Numbered from the stretch's first letter, positions 20,634 through 30,299 are shown. The stretch: 57,815 nucleotides of DNA from a virus (IMGVR_UViG_3300022602_002355:1-57815); one strand, 5' to 3'. Numbers and translations are program-made. The notes: generated from the sequence alone by a model not told the origin.

Positions 20634-21236
20634 ATGACTAGTACTGTAACCAATTTTAGTAACAATATAAACACACTATACCCTGTAGCAGGTGTAGATA
20701 ACGACACACAAGGTTTTAGAGATAACTTTACCTATATTCAAAACGCCCTAGGAAGTGCGGCTAATGAAATTTCAAATCTACAAGCAGGTAGCGTTAATGT
20801 TACAGAAAGCACAAACGACTTTTATTTCAGTACAATTTACCGAGCAGAATTGCAAGCAGAATCTTTAGTAACTCCTGCTGTAAATGTTTTAACAACGGTA
20901 AACACATCAGTTAGTTTTCTATTAGGCGGCTATCAAACAATTCAGGTTAGCACATCGTCTGCAACCTTAACCGTTACAGATTGGCCAAGTGGAAGTACTC
21001 CTTCGTCTGGTAAAATTTCTTTTGAAATCTATAACGCAAATACTAATACTACTGCAACCTTAACAGTATTAACAACTCCTGGCTTTACACTTAAGGTAGA
21101 TCAATATAGTACTTCTACAATAAATTTAACATCTAGTTCTTATTACAATCCTGTAATTATCGAAATGTGGTCTAATACACAGTCTCCAAATGGCGCTAGT
21201 TTATTCTTAAGAAAAGTAGGCGGAACCTATCAATGA
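20634..21236 (+). CDS. Putative virion structural protein
   Basis: YPVAGVDNDTQGFRDNF N-terminus, Thr/Ser-rich, late promoter. Confidence 0.6.
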   Translation: MTSTVTNFSNNINTLYPVAGVDNDTQGFRDNFTYIQNALGSAANEISNLQAGSVNVTESTNDFYFSTIYRAELQAESLVTPAVNVLTTVNTSVSFLLGGYQTIQVSTSSATLTVTDWPSGSTPSSGKISFEIYNANTNTTATLTVLTTPGFTLKVDQYSTSTINLTSSSYYNPVIIEMWSNTQSPNGASLFLRKVGGTYQ

Positions 21237-21484
21237 GCTTAAATTTTCATCCACTTTTAGGTGATCTTACTTCTTTGAAAGATACTGATATAGAGGAAAA
21301 AGTAAGCGAACTTAGCAGAAAATATATGATTGCTATGAAGTATGGCTATAATGATGTACTTTACCAAATCATTGCGGCATTAGATGCTTATAAAATGGAA
21401 CTTCAAAAACGCCAACAAGCCGCATTAGCATCGGTAAACAAAAATCAAAACAAAGAACTTGGCAATCTTATCAAAGTGAATTGA
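21233..21484 (+). CDS. Hypothetical helical protein
   Basis: ATGA-coupled ORF. Confidence 0.65.
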   Translation: MSLNFHPLLGDLTSLKDTDIEEKVSELSRKYMIAMKYGYNDVLYQIIAALDAYKMELQKRQQAALASVNKNQNKELGNLIKVN

Positions 21485-21509
21485 CTTTAACTTTACAGAA
21501 GTGTATAGT
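21481..21509 (+). promoter_or_regulatory. Sigma70-type promoter (likely leaderless transcript)
   Basis: TTGACT-17-TATAGT; ATG at 21516. Confidence 0.7.
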
Positions 21510-21515
21510 TAACTG

Positions 21516-22034
21516 ATGAGAACCACAGACTACGGAGAGGTAATTTTAAATACATCAGATGTATTATCTGGCCTGTATTCTGGTAAAATTGTCGATCTAA
21601 ATAATATATTTTTAGACGACCCCGAAGAAGTAAAAAAGTTCAATCAAGCTATCAAGGAAAATTTTGATAAGCTCAATTCGTTAAAAATCTACCAAGATCC
21701 TAACATTAGTATAGATGAGTTTGATAAAACCAATCAATCAAATTGGTTTATGCCCGACGATTACTGTCCAAATTTAATGGAATATCTATACGGGTGTTGT
21801 ACAACCGCAGAACAAATAGATAGAGTAAATCAAGAATTAGAACTGTTTAGCCAACATGGCATGATAGACCTATTATTTTATCTTAAATACTTAGTAGATA
21901 CTATGCGTGAACACAAGATAGTATGGGGTGTAGGACGTGGCAGTAGTGTAGCAAGTTATGTGCTATTCTTAATAGGTGTTCACAAAGTTGATAGTATAAA
22001 ATATGAACTTGATATACACGAGTTCTTAAAATAA
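21516..22034 (+). CDS. dnaE: DNA polymerase III alpha (DnaE)-like fragment
   Basis: GVGRGSSVASYVLFLIG...DSIKYELDIHEFL mirrors DnaE GxGRGS...DP...L.FERFL; only 172 aa. Confidence 0.8.
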   Translation: MRTTDYGEVILNTSDVLSGLYSGKIVDLNNIFLDDPEEVKKFNQAIKENFDKLNSLKIYQDPNISIDEFDKTNQSNWFMPDDYCPNLMEYLYGCCTTAEQIDRVNQELELFSQHGMIDLLFYLKYLVDTMREHKIVWGVGRGSSVASYVLFLIGVHKVDSIKYELDIHEFLK

Positions 22035-22045
22035 GGAGATTTAAA

Positions 22046-22351
22046 ATGGCAAGACAATATAGAACAATGAACGGCAAAGTAGTTGACATGGACAAACTAT
22101 TGGTTCAAAATGAAATGATGCCAGCAGTAGGCAATGTGCGTATGAACGCCCGCGGTGACGAATTAGGACCTGGTGGTAAGATTGTTAAGACACGTGAACA
22201 AAAAATGACAGCATATTACGAAAACAATCCAAATGCACAGCCTAGTAGCCCAAGACCAATTCCTACAAAACCTGTTCAACAGGCCGCACCTGCACCAGTT
22301 CAAGAATCAACAGTTGATGTTAAAAAGTCAACAAAGCCACAAGGTGAATAA
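22046..22351 (+). CDS. Hypothetical protein
   Basis: TAAGGAG RBS; AVGNVRMNARGDELGPGG core and Pro-rich tail. Confidence 0.75.
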   Translation: MARQYRTMNGKVVDMDKLLVQNEMMPAVGNVRMNARGDELGPGGKIVKTREQKMTAYYENNPNAQPSSPRPIPTKPVQQAAPAPVQESTVDVKKSTKPQGE

Positions 22352-22687
22352 ATGACAGTAGCAAGAGGAACGATAAACCCAATTCGTGACAGAATACTCG
22401 TCACTGATATGAACTTCGGAGATGTTAAAGCCGCTAGTGGAATTATTATTCCCGGCGCTGACGGGAAGACCGCTGGTATTCATCCACGGTGGGGCAAAGT
22501 GTGGGCAGTAGGTCCGCAACAAAAAGATGTTAAGGTAGGAGAATGGATTCTTATCGAACACGGCCGTTGGACTCGAAAATTTGAAATTGAAGAAAACGGA
22601 GAAGTAATCCGTGTACACGGAGTAGACAACAAAGCAATTATGATGTCTGCAGATGAAAAACCAAATGATGTTTTAAGAGGAAACTAA
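22352..22687 (+). CDS. groES: GroES-like co-chaperonin
   Basis: PIRDRILV, SGIII mobile loop, VWAVGP, DVKVGE. Confidence 0.85.
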   Translation: MTVARGTINPIRDRILVTDMNFGDVKAASGIIIPGADGKTAGIHPRWGKVWAVGPQQKDVKVGEWILIEHGRWTRKFEIEENGEVIRVHGVDNKAIMMSADEKPNDVLRGN

Positions 22688-23055
22688 TGACAAATCCATT
22701 TCGCGACCAAGAGAAATTTATGAAGGCTTGTGATCAAAGCACAGATACCTTCAATGAGGCACAATTTGAAATGTACAAAAATCTAATCGAAGAAGAATTT
22801 AACGAGCTAGTTGCGGCTGAAACAGCCAACGACCGAGTTGAACAATTAGATGCTTTAATTGATATTTTGGTTGTTACTATTGGCGCATTACACAGTATGG
22901 GCGCAGATGCTGAAGGTGCTTGGAAAGAAGTTATGCGTACCAACTTTGCTAAGATTGACAAAGAAACAGGCAAGGTCCGTAAACGTGAAGATGGAAAGGT
23001 ATTGAAACCCGTAGGGTGGATGCCTCCAGAGTTGGCTCCATTTGTGGGCAAGTAA
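22687..23055 (+). CDS. MazG-like/PRA-PH NTP pyrophosphohydrolase
   Basis: LIEEEFNEL...DALID...N..K...KREDGKVLKP. Confidence 0.85.
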   Translation: MTNPFRDQEKFMKACDQSTDTFNEAQFEMYKNLIEEEFNELVAAETANDRVEQLDALIDILVVTIGALHSMGADAEGAWKEVMRTNFAKIDKETGKVRKREDGKVLKPVGWMPPELAPFVGK

Positions 23056-23058
23056 CTC

Positions 23059-23085
23059 AAAGGGTCTTGACAGACCCTTTTTTTT
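23059..23085 (+). terminator. Intrinsic terminator whose loop carries a -35 box
   Basis: AAAGGGTCT-TGAC-AGACCCTTT followed by a T-run. Confidence 0.85.
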
Positions 23086-23095
23086 ATTATACAAT
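23067..23095 (+). promoter_or_regulatory. Sigma70-type promoter
   Basis: TTGACA-17-TACAAT; ATG at 23101. Confidence 0.75.
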
Positions 23096-23100
23096 GTATT

Positions 23101-23346
23101 ATGGGATTCAAATATTCATATGATGTAACTAAGGCGGCTCGAGAAATTAATGCGGCCGCGTACGATGCTACGTCTAGACTTAATGACGGATTTATTCAAT
23201 GGGGTGCTAAACAAGATTTGTACATCCTAAAATGGATTGTCGAAGATGCACTACGGCGCTGTTCAAGTTTTGGTGATACCGAAGCAGAATGGCTTAAACA
23301 AAAAGAGCAGGAAAAACTTATAAGGATACTTAAAAGTGACGTGTAA
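23101..23346 (+). CDS. Hypothetical protein
   Basis: ORF directly after the promoter. Confidence 0.65.
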   Translation: MGFKYSYDVTKAAREINAAAYDATSRLNDGFIQWGAKQDLYILKWIVEDALRRCSSFGDTEAEWLKQKEQEKLIRILKSDV

Positions 23347-23482
23347 AACTTGCGGTAAAGACTATAGTCCAAGTTGCGACTTTCAACAAGGCCGTTGTCC
23401 TAATCACCCGCCTATGATAATGCTAGATAATTACAAGGCTAGATTTTATAATCTATTACAGTGGTTTAGAGGAAAGAAATGA
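23336..23482 (+). CDS. Small Cys/His-rich protein (48 aa, not in ORF track)
   Basis: GTG start after AAGGA; MTCKTCGKDYSPSCDFQQGRCPNH...; fills the gap and is coupled to the next ORF. Confidence 0.5.
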   Translation: MTCKTCGKDYSPSCDFQQGRCPNHPPMIMLDNYKARFYNLLQWFRGKK

Positions 23483-23658
23483 GCTTAGAAAAAAGAATGG
23501 CAGAAATGATGGTACCAATCGATGCATGTATTCGATTAACCGATGATCGAAATGAAATGCTTATGTTGGCATGTGCCATGCTACAGCGTGTACACGAAAT
23601 ATTCGATTCTACCCTAGGCGAAGACGGGCGCAAGCAGATGTTTAAGGATCTTACTTAA
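23479..23658 (+). CDS. Hypothetical protein (59 aa, not in ORF track)
   Basis: GAGGA RBS; MSLEKRMAEMM...; ATGA and TAATG overlaps at the two ends. Confidence 0.6.
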   Translation: MSLEKRMAEMMVPIDACIRLTDDRNEMLMLACAMLQRVHEIFDSTLGEDGRKQMFKDLT

Positions 23659-24407
23659 TGTTTTTCTTTTTTAGAAAAAGCACAGTAGTTCTTGATTGTT
23701 TTACAGATAATAACTACCTGCATGATTTTTTGCCTATCGATTATGGACATAAGTTTTATCCCGATTGGTGGAAACAATTACCAAAAGATTTTGTCAGCAA
23801 AAAAAGTCCTACACAATTAAAACTCAACACGATGAAGTCGTGCAGGGGTTTGATTAGCTATTATCAAAATAGTGCTGTAATTCCTCTTTGGAGTGATTAC
23901 AATATTAAAATTGGTAGTTTAAAAACTCCCAAGGTTATGTTTGAATCTGCAAGTCAATACAAGGGAGTATTTCACGAGCCCGAGCAATGGGGCAATTATC
24001 TACCATCGACGAAATACGGGCACCTGAAACTTGATTGTCCCTGGTTCATTAGAGAAAAAGAAGGCATACAATTTTCGTTCTCTCAACCTTTCTATAACAA
24101 CCTAAACCCTACAGAATATTTGTTCTGTCCCGGTATCGTTGACTACAAATATCAAAATTCAGGAAATTTAAACATAATGTTCGATTTCCGAGATGACGAA
24201 CGAATCATAGAACTTAGAGCGGGCGAACCTGCGGCTATGATTATTCCGCTTACAGAGAGAACACTTAAAATTAAAACACATTTAGTTTCCCCACAGGAAC
24301 TTAATAATATGAATCCAAAGCCTATTACTTTTAATCATCATTATCAGTTTGTTAAAAAGGCAATGGATAAAAAAGAGGCTAAATGCCCATTCGGATTTGG
24401 AAAATGA
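23658..24407 (+). CDS. Hypothetical beta-rich protein
   Basis: 249-aa ORF with PDWWK, TMKSC, GEPAAMIIP motifs and a KCPF C-terminus. Confidence 0.7.
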   Translation: MFFFFRKSTVVLDCFTDNNYLHDFLPIDYGHKFYPDWWKQLPKDFVSKKSPTQLKLNTMKSCRGLISYYQNSAVIPLWSDYNIKIGSLKTPKVMFESASQYKGVFHEPEQWGNYLPSTKYGHLKLDCPWFIREKEGIQFSFSQPFYNNLNPTEYLFCPGIVDYKYQNSGNLNIMFDFRDDERIIELRAGEPAAMIIPLTERTLKIKTHLVSPQELNNMNPKPITFNHHYQFVKKAMDKKEAKCPFGFGK

Positions 24408-24877
24408 TATTCAATAAAATAAAACAATTAAAAGAAGATGGATTAAAAGTAGGAATAGTATTCAGTTCATTCGATCTGTTTCATGCAGGTCATGTTGCTA
24501 TGCTGGCAGAAGCAAAGAATCATTGTGATTACTTGATTGCCGCATTACAAACTGATCCTACTATTGACAGACCCGATACTAAAAATCCTCCGATTCAAAG
24601 CATTGTAGAAAGACAAATTCAAGTTAGTACAAATCGTAACGTAGATGAAGTTGTGGTTTATCAAACAGAAAAAGATCTAGAAGACTTATTGCTTATTCTT
24701 CCTGTCGATGTTAGAATATTAGGTGTAGAGTATAAAGACGTAGAATTTACAGGCAAACAAATTTGTCTAAATCGAGGAATTGAAATTGTCTACAATGGAC
24801 GAGATCATTCGTTTAGCAGTTCAAGTCTACGCAAGCGTGTAGCACAAGCTGAGAAAAGTAAAAATGCGAAATCTTAA
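24404..24877 (+). CDS. Cytidylyltransferase-family protein (TagD-like)
   Basis: FDLFHAGH HxGH motif, ER...VDEV, SSSSLR; ATGA-coupled start at 24404. Confidence 0.85.
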   Translation: MIFNKIKQLKEDGLKVGIVFSSFDLFHAGHVAMLAEAKNHCDYLIAALQTDPTIDRPDTKNPPIQSIVERQIQVSTNRNVDEVVVYQTEKDLEDLLLILPVDVRILGVEYKDVEFTGKQICLNRGIEIVYNGRDHSFSSSSLRKRVAQAEKSKNAKS

Positions 24878-25055
24878 ATTAGTCGATGCAGTAATTCAAT
24901 TGCATGATATTGCTCGTATGGTCGAAGCAGAAGTTGGCATAGGCGAATTAAGTAACGATATGCGAGCATTAGCAGATAGATTACATCTATATTCTATTCA
25001 AGACGATAAAGCAAATACAATAGCACAAAACATTATTAATCAGGTAAAAGAATGA
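24864..25055 (+). CDS. Hypothetical protein
   Basis: Overlap-coupled small ORF. Confidence 0.6.
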   Translation: MRNLKLVDAVIQLHDIARMVEAEVGIGELSNDMRALADRLHLYSIQDDKANTIAQNIINQVKE

Positions 25056-25975
25056 AAGAATTATGGGTAGAAAAATACCGTCCTAAAACAGTTGACGGTT
25101 ATGTATTTAGAGATGCGGCACAAAAGAAACAAATCCTAACTTGGATCAAAGAAGGCAGTATCCCTCATCTATTGTTGAGTGGAGGTCCAGGTATTGGTAA
25201 GACAACACTTGCCAAGATGTTGTTGAATGAAATTGGTATTCCCGATTATGATATTTTAGAAATCAATGCATCACGTGAACGTGGTATTGATGAAGTTAGA
25301 GATCGTATTACAAACTTTATTCAAATGATGCCGTTTGGCCCATTTAAGGTTGTATTGTTAGATGAGGCAGATTTCTTAACACAATCAGCACAGGCCGCAA
25401 TGCGTGGTGTGATGGAAGAATACAGTAACACCAGTAGATTTATTCTAACTTGCAATCAACCACAGTTGCTTAGTCCAGCTATTCACAGTCGTTGTCAACA
25501 GATGCATTTTGCAAGCATTGACAGAACAGATTTTACTGCAAGAGTGCTTACAATATTGATCGAAGAAAATGTCGAATTTGATCCAGACATTATTGATAGC
25601 TATGTGCTAACAACTTATCCAGACTTAAGAAAGTGTATTAACTTCGTACAACAAAATGTACAGGATGGAAAGTTAATTGCTCCTAATAACGGAGATGTCG
25701 ATACAGTAGATTACAAAGTCGAAATGGTTAAGTTATTTAAAGCAGGCAAAATACAAGAAGCACGTAAGCTATTGTGTGCTAGAGCTAGACCAGAAGAGAT
25801 TGAAGGAATTTTCCGTTGGTGTTATGACAACATCGAATTGTTTGGAAGAAACGAAGAAGAAAAAGATCAAGCAATTATTATCCTTAAACAAGGAGCAGTT
25901 GATCATAGACTTATCGGAGATCCAGAAATCAATCTGTCTGCTACATTTGCCAAACTAGCAAGAGTACAACAATAA
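25052..25975 (+). CDS. gp44: Clamp loader AAA+ subunit (RFC small/T4 gp44-like)
   Basis: LWVEKYRP, GGPGIGKTT, INAS.ERGID, LLDEAD, SRC motif. Confidence 0.92.
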   Translation: MKELWVEKYRPKTVDGYVFRDAAQKKQILTWIKEGSIPHLLLSGGPGIGKTTLAKMLLNEIGIPDYDILEINASRERGIDEVRDRITNFIQMMPFGPFKVVLLDEADFLTQSAQAAMRGVMEEYSNTSRFILTCNQPQLLSPAIHSRCQQMHFASIDRTDFTARVLTILIEENVEFDPDIIDSYVLTTYPDLRKCINFVQQNVQDGKLIAPNNGDVDTVDYKVEMVKLFKAGKIQEARKLLCARARPEEIEGIFRWCYDNIELFGRNEEEKDQAIIILKQGAVDHRLIGDPEINLSATFAKLARVQQ

Positions 25976-25978
25976 AAT

Positions 25979-26020
25979 AAAACCGCATAGTCGATTGCAG
26001 GTCGGTTACTATGCGGTTTT
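25979..26020. terminator. Probable bidirectional terminator between convergent genes
   Basis: AAAACCGCATAGT ... ACTATGCGGTTTT 13-bp inverted repeat. Confidence 0.8.
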
Positions 26021-26046
26021 CTGTTGACTGGTTTTCGAGTTAAAAA

Positions 26047-26796
26047 TTATTCGTTATCTAATTCCTTATAAATTTTAAGAACTTCTCTTACCGCTGGATG
26101 GCGCTCGACATCCTTGACCTCAAATTTTGCCATAGCGATCATACGCGAATCACCCCCTTGTCCGTATAAATCGCAGAATTCTAGCAAACCGTTTTCGCTT
26201 GGGCGATCGGCTTGATTTAGGTCTCCGGTAACTATCATTCGGCTGTTTTCGCCGAGTCTGGTTAATAACATCTTCATCTGTGACGGTGTAGCATTTTGCA
26301 TCTCGTCTGCTATTACAAATGCGTTCTTAAACGTTCGACCGCGCATATAAGCAAGTGGACTAATTTCAATAACGCCATCCTCTAACATTTCTGCTATTTC
26401 TTTCGGATGGTAATATTCTTCGAATACGTCGAAGATTGGACGAGTCCAAGGCTCCATTTTTTGATTCAATGTACCAGGTAAAAAGCCATGGTCTTCGTCT
26501 ACCGATACAGCAGGGCGAGTAACAATAATTTTACTGATTTGACCTTCTTTAAACAGCTTGATAGCCATTTGAACCGCAAGCATAGTTTTACCCGTTCCCG
26601 CAGGACCGATGGCAAAAACAATATATTTCTTAGGGTTTTTAAGTAGATCAACGTAAAATTCTTGGCTCACGTTGCGTGGGACAATATTAACTTGTTGCTT
26701 TTTACGCAGATATTGGTTGATTTGAATCAAGTTTTGACCTTGATTTTGATTAGATTCAAAGCGTGGATCACGCTCTTTTCTTCGTGCTCTAGACAA
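26047..26796 (-). CDS. phoH: PhoH-like ATPase
   Basis: GPAGTGKT, GFLPG, YMRGRTF, DEMQN, TGD..Q.D; TTG start at 26796 after AGGAGG. Confidence 0.92.
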   Translation of the reverse strand: MSRARRKERDPRFESNQNQGQNLIQINQYLRKKQQVNIVPRNVSQEFYVDLLKNPKKYIVFAIGPAGTGKTMLAVQMAIKLFKEGQISKIIVTRPAVSVDEDHGFLPGTLNQKMEPWTRPIFDVFEEYYHPKEIAEMLEDGVIEISPLAYMRGRTFKNAFVIADEMQNATPSQMKMLLTRLGENSRMIVTGDLNQADRPSENGLLEFCDLYGQGGDSRMIAMAKFEVKDVERHPAVREVLKIYKELDNE

Positions 26797-26828
26797 ATTA
26801 TGCCTCCTTTTTGAGCGACCTGCATAGA

Positions 26829-26887
26829 TATTTACATCCAAACGAAAAAAACATAATCAAATAGGTATCTTTTGAATCGCATAAATA
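26829..26887. promoter_or_regulatory. Divergent late promoters
   Basis: TATTTA 26829-26834 (minus) and ATAAATA 26881-26887 (+). Confidence 0.6.
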
Positions 26888-26908
26888 TTAACATTGAAGA
26901 GAGCTCTC

Positions 26909-27475
26909 ATGCACGATATAGTAGACATTATTAAGAATATACAAACATTATCCGTCAATGATAGTGCGTTTAAAATCCTAAAAGACTTTGAACGTGTATT
27001 AGACGAATTAGATATCTATGTATTTGCCAACTGGGAAGATGGTGAATTACTTGCTGGTCCAGAAGTAACTCGTTATGCAGTTGCTTGCAAATTCCTATGG
27101 CCACGAGATAAGATGCCAGATCCAGAAGGTGGAGAGCGTTTACTAGACTACGGATGCAAAGTAGTTTATAGAAAAGAATCATTAATGGTTCCACGTAAAG
27201 TATACAAACCAAGCGATTTTCGCCCTGGTACAAAAAAGGGTAAGATTGATGCACACCCAGTTTGGGTAGTAGATATCACTATACCTAAGAAACTAATGCA
27301 AGATATATTCCAAGGTTATGATGATAAAGAAAATCGTAAACTTGCTGATATGATGCGTATAGAAGAATTAACACAAATGAATGCTGGGGCGGCCGCAGGT
27401 GATGCTATAGATACTCAGCCAACTGAACCAACTGACATGGGAGGCACAGATGTACAAGCACCAGCACCGCAATAA
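26909..27475 (+). CDS. Hypothetical late protein
   Basis: ATG 26909 after late promoter; DFERVLD..D.Y...NW, MPDP.GG motifs. Confidence 0.7.
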   Translation: MHDIVDIIKNIQTLSVNDSAFKILKDFERVLDELDIYVFANWEDGELLAGPEVTRYAVACKFLWPRDKMPDPEGGERLLDYGCKVVYRKESLMVPRKVYKPSDFRPGTKKGKIDAHPVWVVDITIPKKLMQDIFQGYDDKENRKLADMMRIEELTQMNAGAAAGDAIDTQPTEPTDMGGTDVQAPAPQ

Positions 27476-28208
27476 ATTGTTTGAAGGTTTAAGATCAAAG
27501 GATCTTAAAGGATTTGTTTCCGATGTGTTCACCATTGACCAATACAAGAGTAAAATGGGCGAAGACAAGGATATCACTGTTATAGGCTTTAAAGTAAATG
27601 ATAAATTTCCTGCAACAGATTTGATGGAATTTATTGAAAAAGGTTATCCGTATGTTCTAGATGCTGACATGAGTTCAGGTGAAGAACAAGATGGACACTA
27701 TCAAGTGTTTGTTGAGATGGAAAGAAATAAAAATCTTCCAAAACAATTACACAATCTATTAAGAGGCATTAGTCAACTAACTGATAATTGGGATTGGCGT
27801 TTTAGATACCACAAAGATTTTCAAGGCTATGACTTTAGCGAAGAAGCGATAACAGAGCATGTTCCCTTAGATCCAGAACAATATGAAAATAAAATAACAG
27901 AAATTAAAAATGAATCTGTTGGAGAGTTTTTTGATCAGGGTGCAAATGAAGTTGTTATAGACGAAAATAATACTTTGTTTGTTTCTAAACCTTATTCAGG
28001 CGAGATCAGTATGAACTTGTTAGCATTGGGTGACTATGAAACTATTAAAGAAAGTATTCAAGGTCCTATTCAATTAGACGAAGCAAGTCAAAGCCAAGTA
28101 ACTTTCCTAGAAAAGTATCTCGGTAATTACGAAATACATAAAATTAATAATATGTTCCTAATTAGGAATGGAGATAAAGCGGCAATCGTTAAGAAAGATA
28201 GGTGGTAA
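27450..28208 (+). CDS. Hypothetical late protein
   Basis: GGAGG RBS; LFEGL near the N-terminus; acidic. Confidence 0.7.
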   Translation: MYKHQHRNKLFEGLRSKDLKGFVSDVFTIDQYKSKMGEDKDITVIGFKVNDKFPATDLMEFIEKGYPYVLDADMSSGEEQDGHYQVFVEMERNKNLPKQLHNLLRGISQLTDNWDWRFRYHKDFQGYDFSEEAITEHVPLDPEQYENKITEIKNESVGEFFDQGANEVVIDENNTLFVSKPYSGEISMNLLALGDYETIKESIQGPIQLDEASQSQVTFLEKYLGNYEIHKINNMFLIRNGDKAAIVKKDRW

Positions 28209-28209
28209 C

Positions 28210-28674
28210 ATGTGGCTATTAAGTTTCCTACCAGATAACTGGTTGCATCTTGCGGTATTTGCAATTTTAGCAACCGGCGGAGCATTATACTTGATAGGGT
28301 TATTACTAAACCTTTATCCACCTTCATATCCATACAGAGAACCTGTTAGAATTATTTCTACAGTTCTTATGATTGCCGGCGTATATTGCTACGGCAGTTA
28401 CGACACAGAAATGCACTGGAGATTGAAAGTAGAAGAGGTCCAGGCTAAGTTAGATGCGGCTGAAGCAAAAAGTAACTCAGTTAATGCTCAAGTACAAACT
28501 AAAATAGTTGTACAAAAACAAATAATACACGACAGACAGGTTGTAGTACAAAAAGAAATACAAACAGTAGAAAAACGCATCGACGAAGAATGTAAATTAG
28601 ATCCAGTGATACCTAAAATATTAAACGATGCGGCAGTTAATCCTACAACAATACCACCAGGCGGTAAAAAATGA
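28210..28674 (+). CDS. Inner-membrane spanin (Rz-like)
   Basis: Two N-terminal hydrophobic helices, coiled coil, C-terminal Cys; followed by a lipoprotein. Confidence 0.6.
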   Translation: MWLLSFLPDNWLHLAVFAILATGGALYLIGLLLNLYPPSYPYREPVRIISTVLMIAGVYCYGSYDTEMHWRLKVEEVQAKLDAAEAKSNSVNAQVQTKIVVQKQIIHDRQVVVQKEIQTVEKRIDEECKLDPVIPKILNDAAVNPTTIPPGGKK

Positions 28675-28946
28675 AACGGTTACTATTACTTTTAATTCCT
28701 TTAATGATCTTAACAGGTTGCAAGGAAGATGCTGTTCCAATTGTGGCTAAATTTCCAGACGTGCCTGCTGATTTAAAAGTAGCATGTCCAGACCTAGCAT
28801 CAGTAGATCCTAAGACTGACAAAATAAGTGATGTACTTACTGTTGTTACATCTAACTATAGCCAATACTACGAATGTAAGATTAAAGTAGACAATTGGAT
28901 TGAATGGTATAACAGTCAAAAAGCAATATTTGATAAGGTAAACTAA
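28671..28946 (+). CDS. Outer-membrane spanin lipoprotein (Rz1-like)
   Basis: Signal peptide with LTGC lipobox, FPDVP..L...CP, Y.EC. Confidence 0.65.
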   Translation: MKRLLLLLIPLMILTGCKEDAVPIVAKFPDVPADLKVACPDLASVDPKTDKISDVLTVVTSNYSQYYECKIKVDNWIEWYNSQKAIFDKVN

Positions 28947-28947
28947 T

Positions 28948-29352
28948 ATGAAAAAATCATTACTGGCATTATCGTTATTAACATTATCGGGGTGTGCAGT
29001 AGTAGATGCATACATGATGACAAAGTATGATCCAAACGAATACGCACTAATTACAAGCATTCGAGCAGAAGCACAAACTTACAAAGATCATTGTGACGAT
29101 CTAGCATTTAGTAGAAATGCCGCAACCAAAGTAGCTACTGATACTCAAACTTTTGTATTATATAGCGAACATATTCCTAAAAACAAGGATATGATTTCCG
29201 CAGGTAATCAATTAAATGAAATAGCAAAAGGATTGGCAGATCAATATGCTAAGACAGATAAAGTTAGTCCTGCATTTTGTAAAATCAAATTTAACAGTAT
29301 AGAACAATCTGCAGATAAAATGCAAACAGTTATTGGAGGAAGACCAAGATGA
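28948..29352 (+). CDS. Lipoprotein of unknown function
   Basis: MKK plus hydrophobic stretch plus LSGC lipobox. Confidence 0.75.
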   Translation: MKKSLLALSLLTLSGCAVVDAYMMTKYDPNEYALITSIRAEAQTYKDHCDDLAFSRNAATKVATDTQTFVLYSEHIPKNKDMISAGNQLNEIAKGLADQYAKTDKVSPAFCKIKFNSIEQSADKMQTVIGGRPR

Positions 29353-29612
29353 GCGTAGAACAATTACAGCAACAATTAGGTGAGTGCTTTAATGGCTCAC
29401 AAGATCCTAATGTACAACAGGCCGCACAAACTGCTAATCAATATACAGAAATGTTTAAAGCAGGCCAGTTAAACAAAGACGAATATACTCAGCTAATAGC
29501 TGATATTGCTAGAACAAACGAAATAAACAAAAGTGTAGATAATCAGCAGGTATTAGAATACATGAATGTAGCAATTAATGGTCTAATTACTTTAGCAAGT
29601 TTAGCGGCGTAA
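29349..29612 (+). CDS. Hypothetical protein
   Basis: GGAGG RBS, ATGA coupling. Confidence 0.65.
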   Translation: MSVEQLQQQLGECFNGSQDPNVQQAAQTANQYTEMFKAGQLNKDEYTQLIADIARTNEINKSVDNQQVLEYMNVAINGLITLASLAA

Positions 29613-29643
29613 TATACATATATAATTTATTTTTTTAAGCCAT

Positions 29644-29649
29644 TAAATA
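29644..29649 (+). promoter_or_regulatory. Late promoter for endolysin
   Basis: TAAATA in the intergenic gap. Confidence 0.6.
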
Positions 29650-29674
29650 CTGCTATAACCGAGAGGGGTATTCA

Positions 29675-30298
29675 ATGGCAGACGATTTCATTCTAACGCA
29701 AGACCAACTGGCACAAATAATTCCAGGCAATCCTTACGTTGAACACTGGTATAACGCATTATCTCAATGCTTACCTGATTACGATATCACAACTCCACAT
29801 CGCATTGCGGCTTTTTTAGCTCAATGCGCACACGAAAGTGGAGGTTTTACAGCAATCAAAGAAAATTTAAATTACCGTGCAGAAACTTTATCTAAAGTTT
29901 GGCCGCGTTTATTCCCTGCAGATATAGCACAGCAATATGCACACAATCAAGTAGCGATTGCCAATCGTGCATACGGCGGGCGAATGGGTAACGGTGATGA
30001 ATCAAGTGGTGATGGATTTAAGTTCTGCGGTCGTGGACTAATTCAAATCACAGGACGTAGTAATTATCAAGCGTTCTCAGATAGTTTACAAATGAGCATA
30101 GATGATGCTCCTGCGTATCTAGCAACTTTTGAAGGTGCCGTACAAAGTGCCTGTTGGTTCTGGGAAGCTAACAATTTAAACGCATTAGCAGATAAAGGCG
30201 ATATTTTAACACTAACAAAGAAAATTAATGGTGGTACACTAGGATTAGACGATCGCACTCGTCGTTACCAACATGCATTACAAGTAATCGGAGCATAA
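29675..30298 (+). CDS. Endolysin, glycoside hydrolase family 19
   Basis: AAFLAQCAHESGGF, ENLNY, GRGLIQITGRSNY, SACWFW, INGG..GL.DR. Confidence 0.9.
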   Translation: MADDFILTQDQLAQIIPGNPYVEHWYNALSQCLPDYDITTPHRIAAFLAQCAHESGGFTAIKENLNYRAETLSKVWPRLFPADIAQQYAHNQVAIANRAYGGRMGNGDESSGDGFKFCGRGLIQITGRSNYQAFSDSLQMSIDDAPAYLATFEGAVQSACWFWEANNLNALADKGDILTLTKKINGGTLGLDDRTRRYQHALQVIGA

Positions 30299-30299
30299 T

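Noticed and set aside
26797-26841. N-terminal extension of PhoH in the ORF track
   Set aside because: A strong AGGAGG precedes TTG at 26796, and the late promoter lies inside the extension
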